The notes below the pieces were generated by a model that was not told the DNA's origin, ran no database searches, and saw only the letters and a program-made list of their open reading frames with translations. Source: Alphaproteobacteria bacterium (GTDB lineage Bacteria; Pseudomonadota; Alphaproteobacteria; UBA828). Taken from it: a stretch of 64,000 nucleotides of DNA. A program made the translations under genes and the position numbers. Positions 50,515 to 61,059 of this stretch are shown here, one piece after another. The first letter of the stretch is position 1, and each line of letters opens with the position of its first letter. The DNA lies in contig CBDEFM010000002.1 in the NCBI GenBank assembly GCA_965237415.1, forward strand, positions 3,200,001-3,264,000. The letters are read 5' to 3'.

Positions 50515-52545
50515 TCAGGCGGCTCCGAGAGGCGCGGTCGCGGCGCGAAGCCAGGCCAGCGTGGCCGCATCGTCCGCGAGCAGGGGCGCAAGGGTCTCCT
50601 CCACGCGCGCATGATAGGCGTCGAGCCAGGCGCACTCGCCCGCCGTCAGCATGGCAGGGTCGATGAGCGCCCGGTCGATGGGGGCGAGCGTGAGCGTCTC
50701 GAAGCCGAGGAAGCCGCTATCGGCCCCATCGGCTTCGGTCACCGCCACCAGATTCTCGATGCGGATGCCGTAAGCGCCGGTCTTGTAGTAGCCGGGCTCG
50801 TTGGAGACGACCATGCCGGGAGCGAGCGCCGCGCCCGAGCCCAGGCGCGAGATGCGCTGCGGGCCTTCGTGCACGTTCAGGTAATGGCCCACGCCGTGCC
50901 CGGTGCCGTGATCGTAGTCGAGGCCTGCTTGCCACAGGAACTGACGGGCGAGCGTGTCCAACTGCGCACCGGTAGTGCCGCGCGGAAAGCGCGCCAGGGC
51001 GAGCGCGATGTGGCCGCGCAGCACGCGGGTGAAGCGGTCCCGATGCTCCGGCTCGGGCGTGCCGATCGCGACCGTCCGGGTCACGTCGGTGGTGCCGTCC
51101 AAGTACTGCCCGCCGGAATCGACGAGGTAGAGCGTGCCCGGCTTCAGCGCGCGGTTCGTCTCCGCCGTCACCCGGTAGTGGACGATGGCACCGTTGGGGC
51201 CGGCGCCCGAAATCGTGTCGAAGCTGGGGCCGCGGAAGCCCTCGCCGCCGGCACGCATCGCCGCCAAACGGGCAACGGCATCCAGCTCGGTGACGGAGCC
51301 GGGCGGGGCGGCCGCGAGCCAGGCCAGGAAGCGGGTCAGCGCCGCACCGTCCCGGCGATGGGCGGCACGGATGCCGGCAAGCTCGACCTCGTTCTTGCAT
51401 GCCTTGGGCAGTGCACAGGGATCGGTGCCGCGAATTACCTGGGCGCCGCCCTCCGTCAGGCGATCCACCATCCAGACCGGCGTCGCCGCCTCATCAATCA
51501 GCACCGCGCTGCCTGCCTCGGCAAGACCATCGAGCACGCCCGCCAGCGCATCCGGCGACTGCACCCGCACCGTATTGCCAAGATGAGCCGGGACTTCGGG
51601 CAGGAGCTTGCGGCGATCCACGAACCAGTCGACATCGCCCTCGCCATGAACGATGGCGAAGGAATGGGGGAGGGGGCTGTTGGCGACGTCGGCGCCCCGC
51701 ACGTTGAGCAGCCAGGCGATCGAATCGGGCGCGCTCAGCACCACGGCGGCGGCACCCTTCTCTGTGAGCCGGGCGGCGATTGTTTGCCGCTTCTCGCCAG
51801 TGTCTGTGCCCGCGAAGCGCACCAGGTGGGGGCCGATGGGGCCGAGCGGCGGCGGCGGCTGGTCGTCCCACACGGCGTCGATGGGGTTGTCCTCGCATGG
51901 GACGAGGCGCGCGCCAACGGCCTGGCACGGCGCCGCCAGCCGGTCGCGGCCGTGCGCGCTGTGCAACCTGGGGTCGTAGCCGAGCGCGGCATCCGCCGAT
52001 AGGTGGCTCCGCAGCCACGCGTCGGCGGGCTCGTGGGTGATGTGGCGATGCTCGTAAAGGGCGCCGTCCACCTGCGCCGCCGCCTGCAGGGTATAGCGCC
52101 CGTCGACGAAGAGTGCCGCCCGCTCGGCCAGCACGATCGCCATGCCGGCCGAGCCCGAGAAGCCGGTGAGCCAGGCCAGGCGCTGCGAACGCCGCGCCAC
52201 GTACTCGCCCTGGTGCTCGTCGCTGAGCGGCACCACGAAGCCGTCGAGCCCCCGCCGCGCGAGCTCGGCCCGGAGCGCCGCAAGGCGGTCCGCTATCTGC
52301 GGGGCGTCGATCCCATCCGGCGCCTCGGCGTGCGCCTGCCGGAGCGCCTCGAGCCGCTCGGCCAGCGCGCCGTTGGTCTCGGCGTCGGGGTGGATCAAGC
52401 GCAGCCAGTGCCGATCCAGTACCGCAGCCGCGGCGACGCCCTGCACCAGTGCCTCGACCTCGTCGATGGGTGTCTCGATTCCGGCGTCGGCCAGCGCTTG
52501 GGCCAGCGCATCGCGCCTTTCGGTCGTCGCGTTTTTCTCCGACAT
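50515..52545 (-). CDS. pepP: Aminopeptidase P (M24B) with N-terminal extension
   Basis: TGFSGSAG, DSGGQYLDGTTDVTRT, HGTGHGVG, HEGP, SNEPGYY, GIRIEN. Confidence 0.92.
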   Translation of the reverse strand: MSEKNATTERRDALAQALADAGIETPIDEVEALVQGVAAAAVLDRHWLRLIHPDAETNGALAERLEALRQAHAEAPDGIDAPQIADRLAALRAELARRGLDGFVVPLSDEHQGEYVARRSQRLAWLTGFSGSAGMAIVLAERAALFVDGRYTLQAAAQVDGALYEHRHITHEPADAWLRSHLSADAALGYDPRLHSAHGRDRLAAPCQAVGARLVPCEDNPIDAVWDDQPPPPLGPIGPHLVRFAGTDTGEKRQTIAARLTEKGAAAVVLSAPDSIAWLLNVRGADVANSPLPHSFAIVHGEGDVDWFVDRRKLLPEVPAHLGNTVRVQSPDALAGVLDGLAEAGSAVLIDEAATPVWMVDRLTEGGAQVIRGTDPCALPKACKNEVELAGIRAAHRRDGAALTRFLAWLAAAPPGSVTELDAVARLAAMRAGGEGFRGPSFDTISGAGPNGAIVHYRVTAETNRALKPGTLYLVDSGGQYLDGTTDVTRTVAIGTPEPEHRDRFTRVLRGHIALALARFPRGTTGAQLDTLARQFLWQAGLDYDHGTGHGVGHYLNVHEGPQRISRLGSGAALAPGMVVSNEPGYYKTGAYGIRIENLVAVTEADGADSGFLGFETLTLAPIDRALIDPAMLTAGECAWLDAYHARVEETLAPLLADDAATLAWLRAATAPLGAA

Positions 52546-52570
52546 GGCGGCGTTTCTGCCAGTGCGACGC

Positions 52571-53476
52571 TTACGGCGTCAATATCAGCGTGGCCCAGGC
52601 GCCCAGGCGTATACGGTGCCAAAGCCTGAGCCGGACGGCGCGAAAGGCCGCGAGCACGCGTGTTTCCTCCGTCGTCAGAAGGCCTGAGAGGACCACGGCG
52701 CCGCCGGGGCCGAGGTGCCGCGCGAAGGCAGGCGCCATCGCCGCGATGGGTTTCGCCCTGATATTGGCGCAGATCAGATCGGCGTGTCCGAGCCGGACAC
52801 CGCTACGCAGGCGGAAGCCCTCGCCCTGCGTCACCGACACGCGGCGGGAGAGCGCGTTCTGCCGCACCGTCTCGCGCGCGGCAGCCACTGCCGTGGGGTC
52901 GCTATCGAGTGCGAGCACCTGTGCCGGCCAGAGGCGCGCGGCTGCCACGGCGAGGATTCCGGAGCCTGTGCCGATGTCGAATGCGCGGCGCACCCGCCGG
53001 CGGCGAGCCATCCAGTCGAGCGCGAGCAGGCAGCCTTGCGTCGTCTCGTGGCGGCCGGAGCCGAATGCGGGGCCGGCGTCGATGGAGAGCGCGAAGCGCC
53101 CGCGCGGTGGGCCTCGGTGCGCGCCCATAATCGTGAAGCGCCCAACCGAGATGGGCGGAAATGAGGCCAGGGACTTCGCTTCCCAATCGGCCGGGTGCAC
53201 GGGCTCGACGGCCGTGCCGTCGGGCGCCACGCCGGCTGTGCGGAGCAGCGCCAGCAGCCGCGCGGGCCTTGGATCGTCGGCCGCCGGGGCGGTGCCGAAC
53301 AAGGTGACGCGCAACGCGTCCGATAGCGCATCGCGGGCCGGATGCGCCGCCACCATCGTCTCGGCCACCACGGCGTCCGCATGGTCTGCGAGCGCTTCCT
53401 CCAGCGCCTCGAAGCCTGACCGGCTGAGGGTCACCGTGAGCCGCCAGCCTTGCGCCCCGGGGCGATCTCCGCTCAC
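52571..53476 (-). CDS. prmA: Ribosomal protein L11 methyltransferase
   Basis: AFGSGRHETT, DIGTGSGILA, ANI, LSGLL; start uncertain. Confidence 0.88.
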   Translation of the reverse strand: MSGDRPGAQGWRLTVTLSRSGFEALEEALADHADAVVAETMVAAHPARDALSDALRVTLFGTAPAADDPRPARLLALLRTAGVAPDGTAVEPVHPADWEAKSLASFPPISVGRFTIMGAHRGPPRGRFALSIDAGPAFGSGRHETTQGCLLALDWMARRRRVRRAFDIGTGSGILAVAAARLWPAQVLALDSDPTAVAAARETVRQNALSRRVSVTQGEGFRLRSGVRLGHADLICANIRAKPIAAMAPAFARHLGPGGAVVLSGLLTTEETRVLAAFRAVRLRLWHRIRLGAWATLILTP

Positions 53477-53544
53477 CGCCGCCCCCGGCGCGGCCAATTC
53501 CCGGCTATGATGGAGGCCGCGGAACGCACGGTCGGAGACCCACA

Positions 53545-54249
53545 ATGCCTGAGATGCCGGACTGGCAGCGCTTCCTGAGCGACGACGACAGGACCACCAT
53601 CGAACGCGGCCGTTGGGCCAGGCGGGTCGGCTTCGGCGCGCACCCGGCCGTCATCCTCATCGACGTGCAGAACTACATGGTGGGGGAGAAAGGCCGCCAC
53701 GACCTCGGCGCCTACCCCTACAGCTGTGCTTCCGGCTGGGCCGCCGTGGAGCAGACCAAGCGCATCGTCGGCGCGGCCCGCGCCGCCCGGACACCGGTGA
53801 TCTATACCCGCTTCGCCATCGACCGCACCGTCGGCGATGCCGGGCTCTTCGACGCCAAGATAGGCGCCGAGGCGGGGGAGAACGTCTATTTCGAAGGCAC
53901 CCACGGCAGCGCGATCGTGGACGCGGTGGCGCCCGAGCCCGGCGATCTGGTCTTCACCAAGAAGAAACCCAGTTCGTTCCACGGCACGCCTCTCCTGCCC
54001 TATCTGATCGACCGCGCCATCGATACGCTGATCGTCACCGGCGGCGCTACCTGCAACTGCGTCCGCGCCACGGTCTTCGACGCCTTCTCGTACAACTATC
54101 GCACCATCGTACCGGCAGCCGCGGTGTTCGACCGTCTGCCCATCTCTCACGAGATCAACCTGTTCGACATGAACCGCTGCTCCGCGGACGTGACAGACAC
54201 CGAGGCCGTGCTCGCCTATTTTGCCGATCTGGCAGCGCGCGCGGCCTAA
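53545..54249 (+). CDS. Isochorismatase family (N-carbamoylsarcosine/maleamate amidase-like)
   Basis: GFGAHPAVILIDVQ, KKKPSSF, GGATCNCVRAT. Confidence 0.85.
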   Translation: MPEMPDWQRFLSDDDRTTIERGRWARRVGFGAHPAVILIDVQNYMVGEKGRHDLGAYPYSCASGWAAVEQTKRIVGAARAARTPVIYTRFAIDRTVGDAGLFDAKIGAEAGENVYFEGTHGSAIVDAVAPEPGDLVFTKKKPSSFHGTPLLPYLIDRAIDTLIVTGGATCNCVRATVFDAFSYNYRTIVPAAAVFDRLPISHEINLFDMNRCSADVTDTEAVLAYFADLAARAA

Positions 54250-54280
54250 ACGCCGCCGGCGGCACCTGCTATAGTGGCTG

Positions 54281-54378
54281 CGGGAGATCGGCGGCGGACG
54301 GCTTTCTCGCTAACCCGGTCAGGTCCGGAAGGAAGCAGCCGTAACGAGTTTCAAGCCGGGTCGTCTGCCGGTCTCCTG
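54281..54378 (+). ncRNA. ffs: Signal recognition particle RNA (4.5S)
   Basis: Core CCGGTCAGGTCCGGAAGGAAGCAGCC within a long hairpin, upstream of dnaX. Confidence 0.95.
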
Positions 54379-54436
54379 CCGCCAACCGGACGCGCCGCCC
54401 GCCGCGCACTGTGGGCCGAAGGACGCCGATGCACCG

Positions 54437-56161
54437 ATGAGCGAGGACGCCGCCGCCTATCGCGTGCTCGCGCGCAAGTACCGGCCGGCGAGCTTCGCCG
54501 GCCTGATCGGCCAAGACCCCCTCGTCCGCACGCTGAGCAACGCGATCGCGATGGATCGCCTGGCTCACGCCTACCTGCTGACGGGTGTGCGCGGGGTGGG
54601 CAAGACCTCGACCGCGCGGATCATCGCGCGTGCCCTCAATTGCATCGGCGAGGACGGAACCGGCGGCCCCACGCCCGACCCCTGCGGTACGTGCGACCAC
54701 TGCGTCTCGATCGCCGAGGACCGCCACGTCGACGTCATCGAGATGGACGCGGCCTCGCGCACCGGCATCGACGACGTGCGCGAGCTGATCGAGAGCGTGC
54801 GCTATCGCCCCGTCTCGGCGCGCTACAAGGTCTACATCATCGACGAAGTGCACATGCTCTCGAAGCAGGCCTTCAACGCGCTGCTCAAGACGCTGGAGGA
54901 GCCGCCGCCCCACGTCAAATTCGTGTTCGCGACGACCGAGGTGCGGCGCCTGCCGGTGACGGTGCTCTCGCGCTGCCAGCGCTTCGACCTGCGCCGGGTC
55001 GATATGGAGGTGCTGATCGAGCATTTCTCTCGGATCGCGGTCGACGAGGGTGCCGAGGTGGAGCCCGCGGCGCTCGCGCTTATCGCCCGCGCCGCCGACG
55101 GCTCGGTGCGGGACGGGCTCTCCGTGCTCGACCAGGCGATGGCCCACGAGGGCACGCGCATCACCGAAGAGGCGGTGCGGGCCATGCTGGGACTCGCGGA
55201 CCGGACCCGGCTCTTCGACCTCTTCGATATGCTGATGAAGGGCGCGATCAAGGACGCGCTGGACTGCTTCTCCGAGCTCCACGATGCGGGTGCGGAGCCC
55301 CAGGCGTTGCTGCAGGACCTGCTGGAGCTCTGCCACTGGCTGACCCGGCTGAAGCATGTGCCCACTGCAGCGGACGACCCAGCGGTGCCCGAGGTGGAAC
55401 GCACGCGCGGGCGCGCCATGGCCGAGGCGTTGACGGTGCCGTCGCTTACTCAGACATGGCAGATGCTGCTGAAGGGGCTTGAGGAGACCAGCCGGGCGGC
55501 GCGTCCGGCGCTTGCGGCCGAGATGACGCTGGTGCGGATCGCCTACGCCGCCGACCTGCCGAGCCCCGCCGATGCGCTCCGCGCCATCGGCGCAAGCGGC
55601 GCGGATGCACGGCCGAAGGGTACGCCCGAGCCATCTACCCCAGCGCCGGCACCACGCGGCGCCGCAAGCGCCGCAGTCGCTACTGCGGCTGAACCAGCTC
55701 CCGCAACAGCGCCGGCGCCCGTGCCCGAACCGACGCCGGCGAGCGCACCAGGGCCGCGCCTGGACTCGCTCGCGGCGATAGCCGCACTGGCCGAGGAGCG
55801 GCGCGAACCGATCCTCAGCGCGTGGCTCAGGACCGAGGTGCGCCCGGTGCGGGTCGGCGCCGGCGCGGTCGAGATCAATTGCGGCCGCTCGCCAGACAGC
55901 AGGATGCTCGACCTGCTGCGGGACAGGCTTCAGGAATGGACGGGCGAGCGCTGGATGATCGCGCTGAGCGAGGGCGGGGGCGAGCCGACCCTCGAGGAGC
56001 AGGATCGAGCCGCGCAGGAAGCGGCCGACAGGGCGGCGATAGACCACCCCCTGGTGCGCCAGGTCCTCGATGCCTTCCCCGGCGCGCGCGTGCGCAAGGT
56101 GCACCGGACGACGACCCCATTGCCGCCGGACGGCGGAAACGACGGAGGCTCTCCCTCATGA
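54437..56161 (+). CDS. dnaX: DNA polymerase III subunit gamma/tau
   Basis: YRVLARKYRP, GVRGVGKT, DEVHML, LKTLEEPP, SRCQRF. Confidence 0.96.
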   Translation: MSEDAAAYRVLARKYRPASFAGLIGQDPLVRTLSNAIAMDRLAHAYLLTGVRGVGKTSTARIIARALNCIGEDGTGGPTPDPCGTCDHCVSIAEDRHVDVIEMDAASRTGIDDVRELIESVRYRPVSARYKVYIIDEVHMLSKQAFNALLKTLEEPPPHVKFVFATTEVRRLPVTVLSRCQRFDLRRVDMEVLIEHFSRIAVDEGAEVEPAALALIARAADGSVRDGLSVLDQAMAHEGTRITEEAVRAMLGLADRTRLFDLFDMLMKGAIKDALDCFSELHDAGAEPQALLQDLLELCHWLTRLKHVPTAADDPAVPEVERTRGRAMAEALTVPSLTQTWQMLLKGLEETSRAARPALAAEMTLVRIAYAADLPSPADALRAIGASGADARPKGTPEPSTPAPAPRGAASAAVATAAEPAPATAPAPVPEPTPASAPGPRLDSLAAIAALAEERREPILSAWLRTEVRPVRVGAGAVEINCGRSPDSRMLDLLRDRLQEWTGERWMIALSEGGGEPTLEEQDRAAQEAADRAAIDHPLVRQVLDAFPGARVRKVHRTTTPLPPDGGNDGGSPS

Positions 56162-56481
56162 AGAACATCGGCAAGATGCTGAAGCAGGCGCAGGCCATGC
56201 AAACCAAGATGGCCGAGCTGCAGGAGAGTCTCGGCACGCTCGAGGTCGAGGGAACCGCCGGTGGCGGCCTGGTGCGGGTGACGCTCACGGGCAAGGGGGA
56301 GATGCGCCGCCTCTCCATCGACCCGGCGCTGGTGAAGGACGACGAGGTGGAGGTACTGGAAGACCTCATCGTCGCCGCCTTCAACGACGGCAAGGCCAGG
56401 GTCGAGCAGCTCGTTCAGGAACGGATGGCCGAGGTCACCGGCGGCCTCAAACTGCCGCCGGGACTCGACCTCGGTCTCTGA
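56158..56481 (+). CDS. ybaB: YbaB/EbfC nucleoid-associated protein
   Basis: [28 protein letters not shown]. Confidence 0.94.
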   Translation: MKNIGKMLKQAQAMQTKMAELQESLGTLEVEGTAGGGLVRVTLTGKGEMRRLSIDPALVKDDEVEVLEDLIVAAFNDGKARVEQLVQERMAEVTGGLKLPPGLDLGL

Positions 56482-56518
56482 GCGCGCGTCGCGGCCCCTT
56501 CGCGAGCGGCGATTGGCG

Positions 56519-57115
56519 ATGACGAGCCAGGCGATCGAACGGCTGGTCGGACATCTCGGCAAGCTCCCCGGTCTCGGGCCGCGCTCTGCGCGCCGTGCCG
56601 CCCTGCACCTGCTGGAGCGGCGCGAATCGCACCTGGAGCCGCTGCTCGCCGCGCTCCGCACCGCGGCCGAAAGCGTCCGCGCCTGCTCCGTCTGCGGCAA
56701 TCTCGATGCCCAGGACCCTTGCGCGATCTGCGCCGATCCCGAGCGCGACCGCGCGGCCATTTGCGTCGTCGAGCAGGTCGCGGATCTCTGGGCGTTGGAG
56801 CGCACGCTGATGTTCCGCGGTCGCTATCACGTGCTGGGCGGACTGCTCTCCGCGCTGGACGGGATCGGGCCTGAGGACCTCGCCATCGCGGCTCTCGTCG
56901 CGCGTGCCGGCGCGCCGGAAGTCAGCGAGATCATCCTCGCCACCAGCGCGACCGTGGACGGGCAGACCACGGCGCACTATCTGGCCGACCGGCTCGCCGA
57001 GAGCGACGTCGCGATCTCCCGCCTCGCCCACGGTCTGCCGATCGGTGGCGAGCTCGACTATCTCGACGACGGCACGCTGGGCACCGCGCTCAAGGCGCGC
57101 CAGCGGCTTCTCTGA
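56519..57115 (+). CDS. recR: Recombination mediator RecR
   Basis: [12 protein letters not shown]4 Zn finger, [14 protein letters not shown]. Confidence 0.96.
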   Translation: MTSQAIERLVGHLGKLPGLGPRSARRAALHLLERRESHLEPLLAALRTAAESVRACSVCGNLDAQDPCAICADPERDRAAICVVEQVADLWALERTLMFRGRYHVLGGLLSALDGIGPEDLAIAALVARAGAPEVSEIILATSATVDGQTTAHYLADRLAESDVAISRLAHGLPIGGELDYLDDGTLGTALKARQRLL

Positions 57116-57251
57116 GCGGCCGGCAAGGCAGCACCCTGGATTGTACCAAAGCCGCTCTCTATGGTCGGCGCGACTGCCGGCCTGGCGCTAAATCTTGAGT
57201 TAACGGCCGCGGCCGCAGGCGGCACAATCGATACGGGCAGCGGAGCGAACG

Positions 57252-58181
57252 ATGGCGAATGAGGCGAAGAGCGCAGGTCGGTTGGAACGCGTGCTGCGCG
57301 CAGGCGAGTTCGCCATAACGGCGGAGATGGGTCCGCCCGATTCCGTGGACCCGGCCGACGTTCTGGCCCACGCCGGATGCCTCAAGGGGCTCGCCGATGC
57401 CGTCAACGTGCTCGACGGTGCCGGCGCACGCGCCCATCTTTCGCCGCTCGCGACCGCTGCGATCCTGGCCCGCGAAGGCATCGAACCGGTGCTCCAGTTC
57501 ACCATGCGCGACCGCAATCGCCTCGCGCTGCAGGCCGATGTGTTGGGGGCGGCAGCGCTCGGCGTGCACAGTCTGCTCTGCCTAACCGGCGATTCGGTCG
57601 ACGCCGGCGATCAGCCGGAGACGAAGCCGGTGTTCGACCTCAAGTCTAACGAGTTCATGGCGCTGGTCCGTACCATGCGGGACGAGGCGGTGCTCCCCGG
57701 CGGGCGACGCCTCGCCTCCTCACCCAGGCTGCTGATCGGCGGCGCCGATGCCCCGCGCGAGCCGAAAGCCGGCGAGACTCCCGCCAGCCTTCAGGCCAAG
57801 ATCGACGCGGGCGCAGATTTCTTCCAGACCCAGTTCAGCTTCGACATGGCGATGCTGAGGCGCTACCTCGCCTGGCTCGCGGACTTCGGGATTCCCGAGC
57901 GCACATCCATTATCGTCGGCATCGGGCCCATAAGGTCGGCACGCTCGGCGCGCTGGATGAACGAGAACCTCTTCGGGGTCCATATCCCGGACGCCGTCAT
58001 CGCCCGCCTCGGCGGCGCCAAGGACCCGCAAGCCGAGGGAATTCGCATCTGTGTCGAGCTGATCGAGGAGCTGCGCGGCGTCAAGGGGGTCGCTGGCGCG
58101 CACCTGATGGCGCCCCGCGGCGAACGGGCGATCGCAGAGGCCATCGCCCAATCGGGCCTTCGCCGCCCCGGCGGCGCCTGA
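57252..58181 (+). CDS. metF: Methylenetetrahydrofolate reductase family protein
   Basis: TAEMGPP, RDRNRLALQ, CLTGD, KIDAGADFFQTQ. Confidence 0.88.
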   Translation: MANEAKSAGRLERVLRAGEFAITAEMGPPDSVDPADVLAHAGCLKGLADAVNVLDGAGARAHLSPLATAAILAREGIEPVLQFTMRDRNRLALQADVLGAAALGVHSLLCLTGDSVDAGDQPETKPVFDLKSNEFMALVRTMRDEAVLPGGRRLASSPRLLIGGADAPREPKAGETPASLQAKIDAGADFFQTQFSFDMAMLRRYLAWLADFGIPERTSIIVGIGPIRSARSARWMNENLFGVHIPDAVIARLGGAKDPQAEGIRICVELIEELRGVKGVAGAHLMAPRGERAIAEAIAQSGLRRPGGA

Positions 58182-58404
58182 ATGCGCCCGCGCCGTGAGT
58201 AGAATTTCGTGACATTTGTGCCACAGCGGCGGAGAAAATTGCGGCACAGACATGAATTTGTCATTGTCCATCCGAACCTGGGCTGGCGCAGCCGAAGCAT
58301 TTTGAGTAGGGTGCGCCGAGTGTTGGGGCGCTCGGCACCGGCAACAGCAACAGAGTAGGCTGGGGAACCGCATGTCGGGTGCGCGAATCGATCGGGAGGA
58401 TCGC

Positions 58405-59439
58405 ATGAAGAAGTTTCTGCTCGGCACGACGGCTCTGATCGCCGCCGGTGCTTTCGTCGGTGCCGCACAGGCGGCTGACGATGAGATGATGGCCGGGCCG
58501 GTCACGGTCGGAATCGCCGGCTACACGACGTCGGCCATCGGCTTTGCAAGCGACAGTGATGACAGCACGCGCGCCCATGGCATCGACTACGTTTTCGAGT
58601 TCGGCGTTTCCGGTTCCACCACTCTGGATAACGGCATAACGGTGGCCGTCAGTGCGCAGTTGGGTCAGTCCTCCGGCAGCTGGAATGCAGCCAATGGAGG
58701 CAATGGCGACCAGAATCCCGAAGCCGTTTTCGACGAGCAACACATCACGATGAGCGGGTCGTTCGGTTCATTCAGGATCGGGAGGACTGAGAGCGCGGCC
58801 TTCAATAGCACGGTCGCCGCTCCGGGAGCTGGCATCGGCGGAATGCTCGGCGTCAACTATAGCTGGTTCAGCACGGCAGTGGGGACCGTCAACACCTACT
58901 CCGGGATCGGACCAGAAGACGCGATCAAGGTGGTCTACACCACACCTAACTTCAACGGCTTGACGATTGGGATGAGTCACGCGCCCGAAGGCAGCGAACA
59001 GGCTCCCTATGCCGGTCGGAAAACCGACGACGCCGGGCAAAATTCGGGACACACAGCGGTCGGTGCGAACTATTCGACGGATTTCATGGAAGGCGGCTCC
59101 CTCACCCTTGGCGCTGGCTTTGAAACGGCCGAGAGTGAAGACGTCGGGGGCGATGACCCCAGCGCCATGCGTGCCGGGCTCAATATAAGCGTCGACCAGC
59201 TCTCGTTCGGCGGCAGCATGTACGATGCAGATCCAGGCGGCATGCAATTCGATATTGGGGCGTCGTGGACCGAAGGGGCGACAGAGTTGGGCCTCCAGTA
59301 TGGCCGCAATGCTAGTGATACCGGCTCAACGTTTGCCCATTTGACCTACACGCTCGGGCCGGGCGTCCTGGTTGGGGGGCAGATCGCCAGTTCGGAAAAT
59401 GTGACCCAGTTCATGCTTGGCACGGCGATCTTCTTCTAA
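58405..59439 (+). CDS. Alphaproteobacterial porin
   Basis: MKKFLLGTTAL signal, TTLDNG.T, GSFGSFRIG, KVVYTTPNFNG, terminal Phe. Confidence 0.88.
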   Translation: MKKFLLGTTALIAAGAFVGAAQAADDEMMAGPVTVGIAGYTTSAIGFASDSDDSTRAHGIDYVFEFGVSGSTTLDNGITVAVSAQLGQSSGSWNAANGGNGDQNPEAVFDEQHITMSGSFGSFRIGRTESAAFNSTVAAPGAGIGGMLGVNYSWFSTAVGTVNTYSGIGPEDAIKVVYTTPNFNGLTIGMSHAPEGSEQAPYAGRKTDDAGQNSGHTAVGANYSTDFMEGGSLTLGAGFETAESEDVGGDDPSAMRAGLNISVDQLSFGGSMYDADPGGMQFDIGASWTEGATELGLQYGRNASDTGSTFAHLTYTLGPGVLVGGQIASSENVTQFMLGTAIFF

Positions 59440-59461
59440 TCGACCATCGCCGCTTGGCGAG

Positions 59462-59491
59462 AAAGGGGAGCACCCACGTGCTCCCCTTTTT
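59462..59491 (+). terminator. Rho-independent terminator, probably bidirectional
   Basis: AAAGGGGAGCAC-cca-CGTGCTCCCCTTTTT between convergent porin and phoB. Confidence 0.88.
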
Positions 59492-59606
59492 CTTGTGTGC
59501 GGAGCGTGAGCGGAGCGTGATCGGTAGCTTTGAGGCGCAAGACCTCCATCGAGTCCGATGGCGGCATCGGGGCGTGGCTGTCAGTGCAGCCTGCGCCCTT
59601 GACGGT

Positions 59607-60299
59607 CTATCCCGCGCTTGAATCGAGGGCGTAGCCGGCCGAGCGGACGGTCCTGATCAGGTCCGGGCGACGGTCGGCGTTGAGCGCCTGCCGCAGCCGG
59701 CGCACGTGCACGTCGACCGTCCGGCTCTCGATGAAGATGTCCGGGCCCCAGACCGAATCGAGGAGCTGCTCGCGCGAGAAGACGCGGCCGGGATGCTCCA
59801 TCAGGTGGCGCAGCAGCCGGAACTCGGTCGGCCCGAGATGGATCGGCGCTTCCCCGCGTGTGACCTTGTGGGCGGCGAGGTCCATCCTGAGGTCGTCATA
59901 ATTCAGTACTTCGTCGCCGAGCGCAGGCCGCATGCGCCTCAAGATCGCGCGGATGCGGGCCAGAAGCTCGGCCGGCGAGAAGGGCTTGACGACATAGTCG
60001 TCGGCGCCGCCGTCGAGGCCGCGCACCCTGTCCGCCTCTTCGCCTCGCGCCGTCAGCATGACTATGGGGAGCGGCTGCGCGTCCGGCTTGCGCCTGATCC
60101 TGCGGCAGACTTCGATGCCGGAAAGCGTCGGCAGCATCCAGTCGAGCACCATCAGGTCGGGGCGCCGCTCCTCGACCATGAGCAGCGCCTCTTCGCCGTC
60201 GACGGCCTCGCCCACCTCGAAGCCGCCTTTCTCCAGGTTGTAGCGGAGCAGCGTGAGCAGCGCCGCCTCATCCTCGACGACCAGAATGTAGGGCTTCAT
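59607..60299 (-). CDS. phoB: Phosphate regulon response regulator PhoB
   Basis: LDWMLP, LTARGEE, HLGPTEFRLL, RTVDVHVRRLR. Confidence 0.95.
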   Translation of the reverse strand: MKPYILVVEDEAALLTLLRYNLEKGGFEVGEAVDGEEALLMVEERRPDLMVLDWMLPTLSGIEVCRRIRRKPDAQPLPIVMLTARGEEADRVRGLDGGADDYVVKPFSPAELLARIRAILRRMRPALGDEVLNYDDLRMDLAAHKVTRGEAPIHLGPTEFRLLRHLMEHPGRVFSREQLLDSVWGPDIFIESRTVDVHVRRLRQALNADRRPDLIRTVRSAGYALDSSAG

Positions 60300-61024
60300 G
60301 GCGCAGTCGCCTCCGAATCGTCATCTGCCTGGTGGAAGGATGTGACGTCGCCCTTGGGCCGTTCTTCCTGCACCGGGGTGCCGGTCACCACGTAGCTCAC
60401 GGTCTCGGCGATGTTGGTCGCGTGATCGCCGATTCGCTCGATGTTCTTGGCGATGAAGAGCAGGTGCGCGCACGGCGTGATGCGGCGCGGATCCTCCATC
60501 ATGTAAGTGAGCAGCTCGCGGAAGAGGCTGTTGTAGGATTCGTCGACATCCTCGTCCCGCCGCCAGACCGCCATGGCGCGCTCCACATCGCGGTCGCGGA
60601 AGGAATCGAGCACATCCTTGATCATGCCCTGGGCGATGCCCGCCATGCGCGAGATTGCATGGGTCAGGCGGATGGGGTCGATTTCCTGGATGGCGATAGA
60701 GCGCTTGGCGACGTTGGCGGCGTAGTCCCCCATTCGCTCGAGGTCGCTCGCAATCTTGAGCGAGGCGGTGATGACGCGGAGGTCGACCGCCACCGGCTGG
60801 CGCAGTGCCAAGATGCGTACCGCGAGCTGGTCGATCTCGGCCTCCAGCGCGTCCACACGGCGATCGTCGGTGATGACGCGCGAGGCGAGTTCGTCGTCGC
60901 GGCGGGCCAGCGAGGCGATCGAAGCGGCGAGCTGCTGCTCGACGATGCCACCCATCTCCAGGATCGCGTTGTTCATGCGATCCAGCTCCTCGTCATAGGC
61001 CTTGACCGTGTGCTCGGCAGCCAT
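60296..61024 (-). CDS. phoU: Phosphate signalling protein PhoU
   Basis: RQPVAVDLR, DLERMGD, NIERIGDHATNIAE. Confidence 0.96.
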   Translation of the reverse strand: MAAEHTVKAYDEELDRMNNAILEMGGIVEQQLAASIASLARRDDELASRVITDDRRVDALEAEIDQLAVRILALRQPVAVDLRVITASLKIASDLERMGDYAANVAKRSIAIQEIDPIRLTHAISRMAGIAQGMIKDVLDSFRDRDVERAMAVWRRDEDVDESYNSLFRELLTYMMEDPRRITPCAHLLFIAKNIERIGDHATNIAETVSYVVTGTPVQEERPKGDVTSFHQADDDSEATAP

Positions 61025-61059
61025 CGGTCGCTCTCCTTATCCTCCGCCCGCGCCCTTGT

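Noticed and set aside
55600-55760. Programmed -1 frameshift in dnaX
   Set aside because: No A-AAA-AAG-type slippery run seen; the region is an ordinary Pro/Ala linker
57116-57251. SAM riboswitch upstream of metF
   Set aside because: No recognisable SAM-II or SAM-SAH consensus by eye
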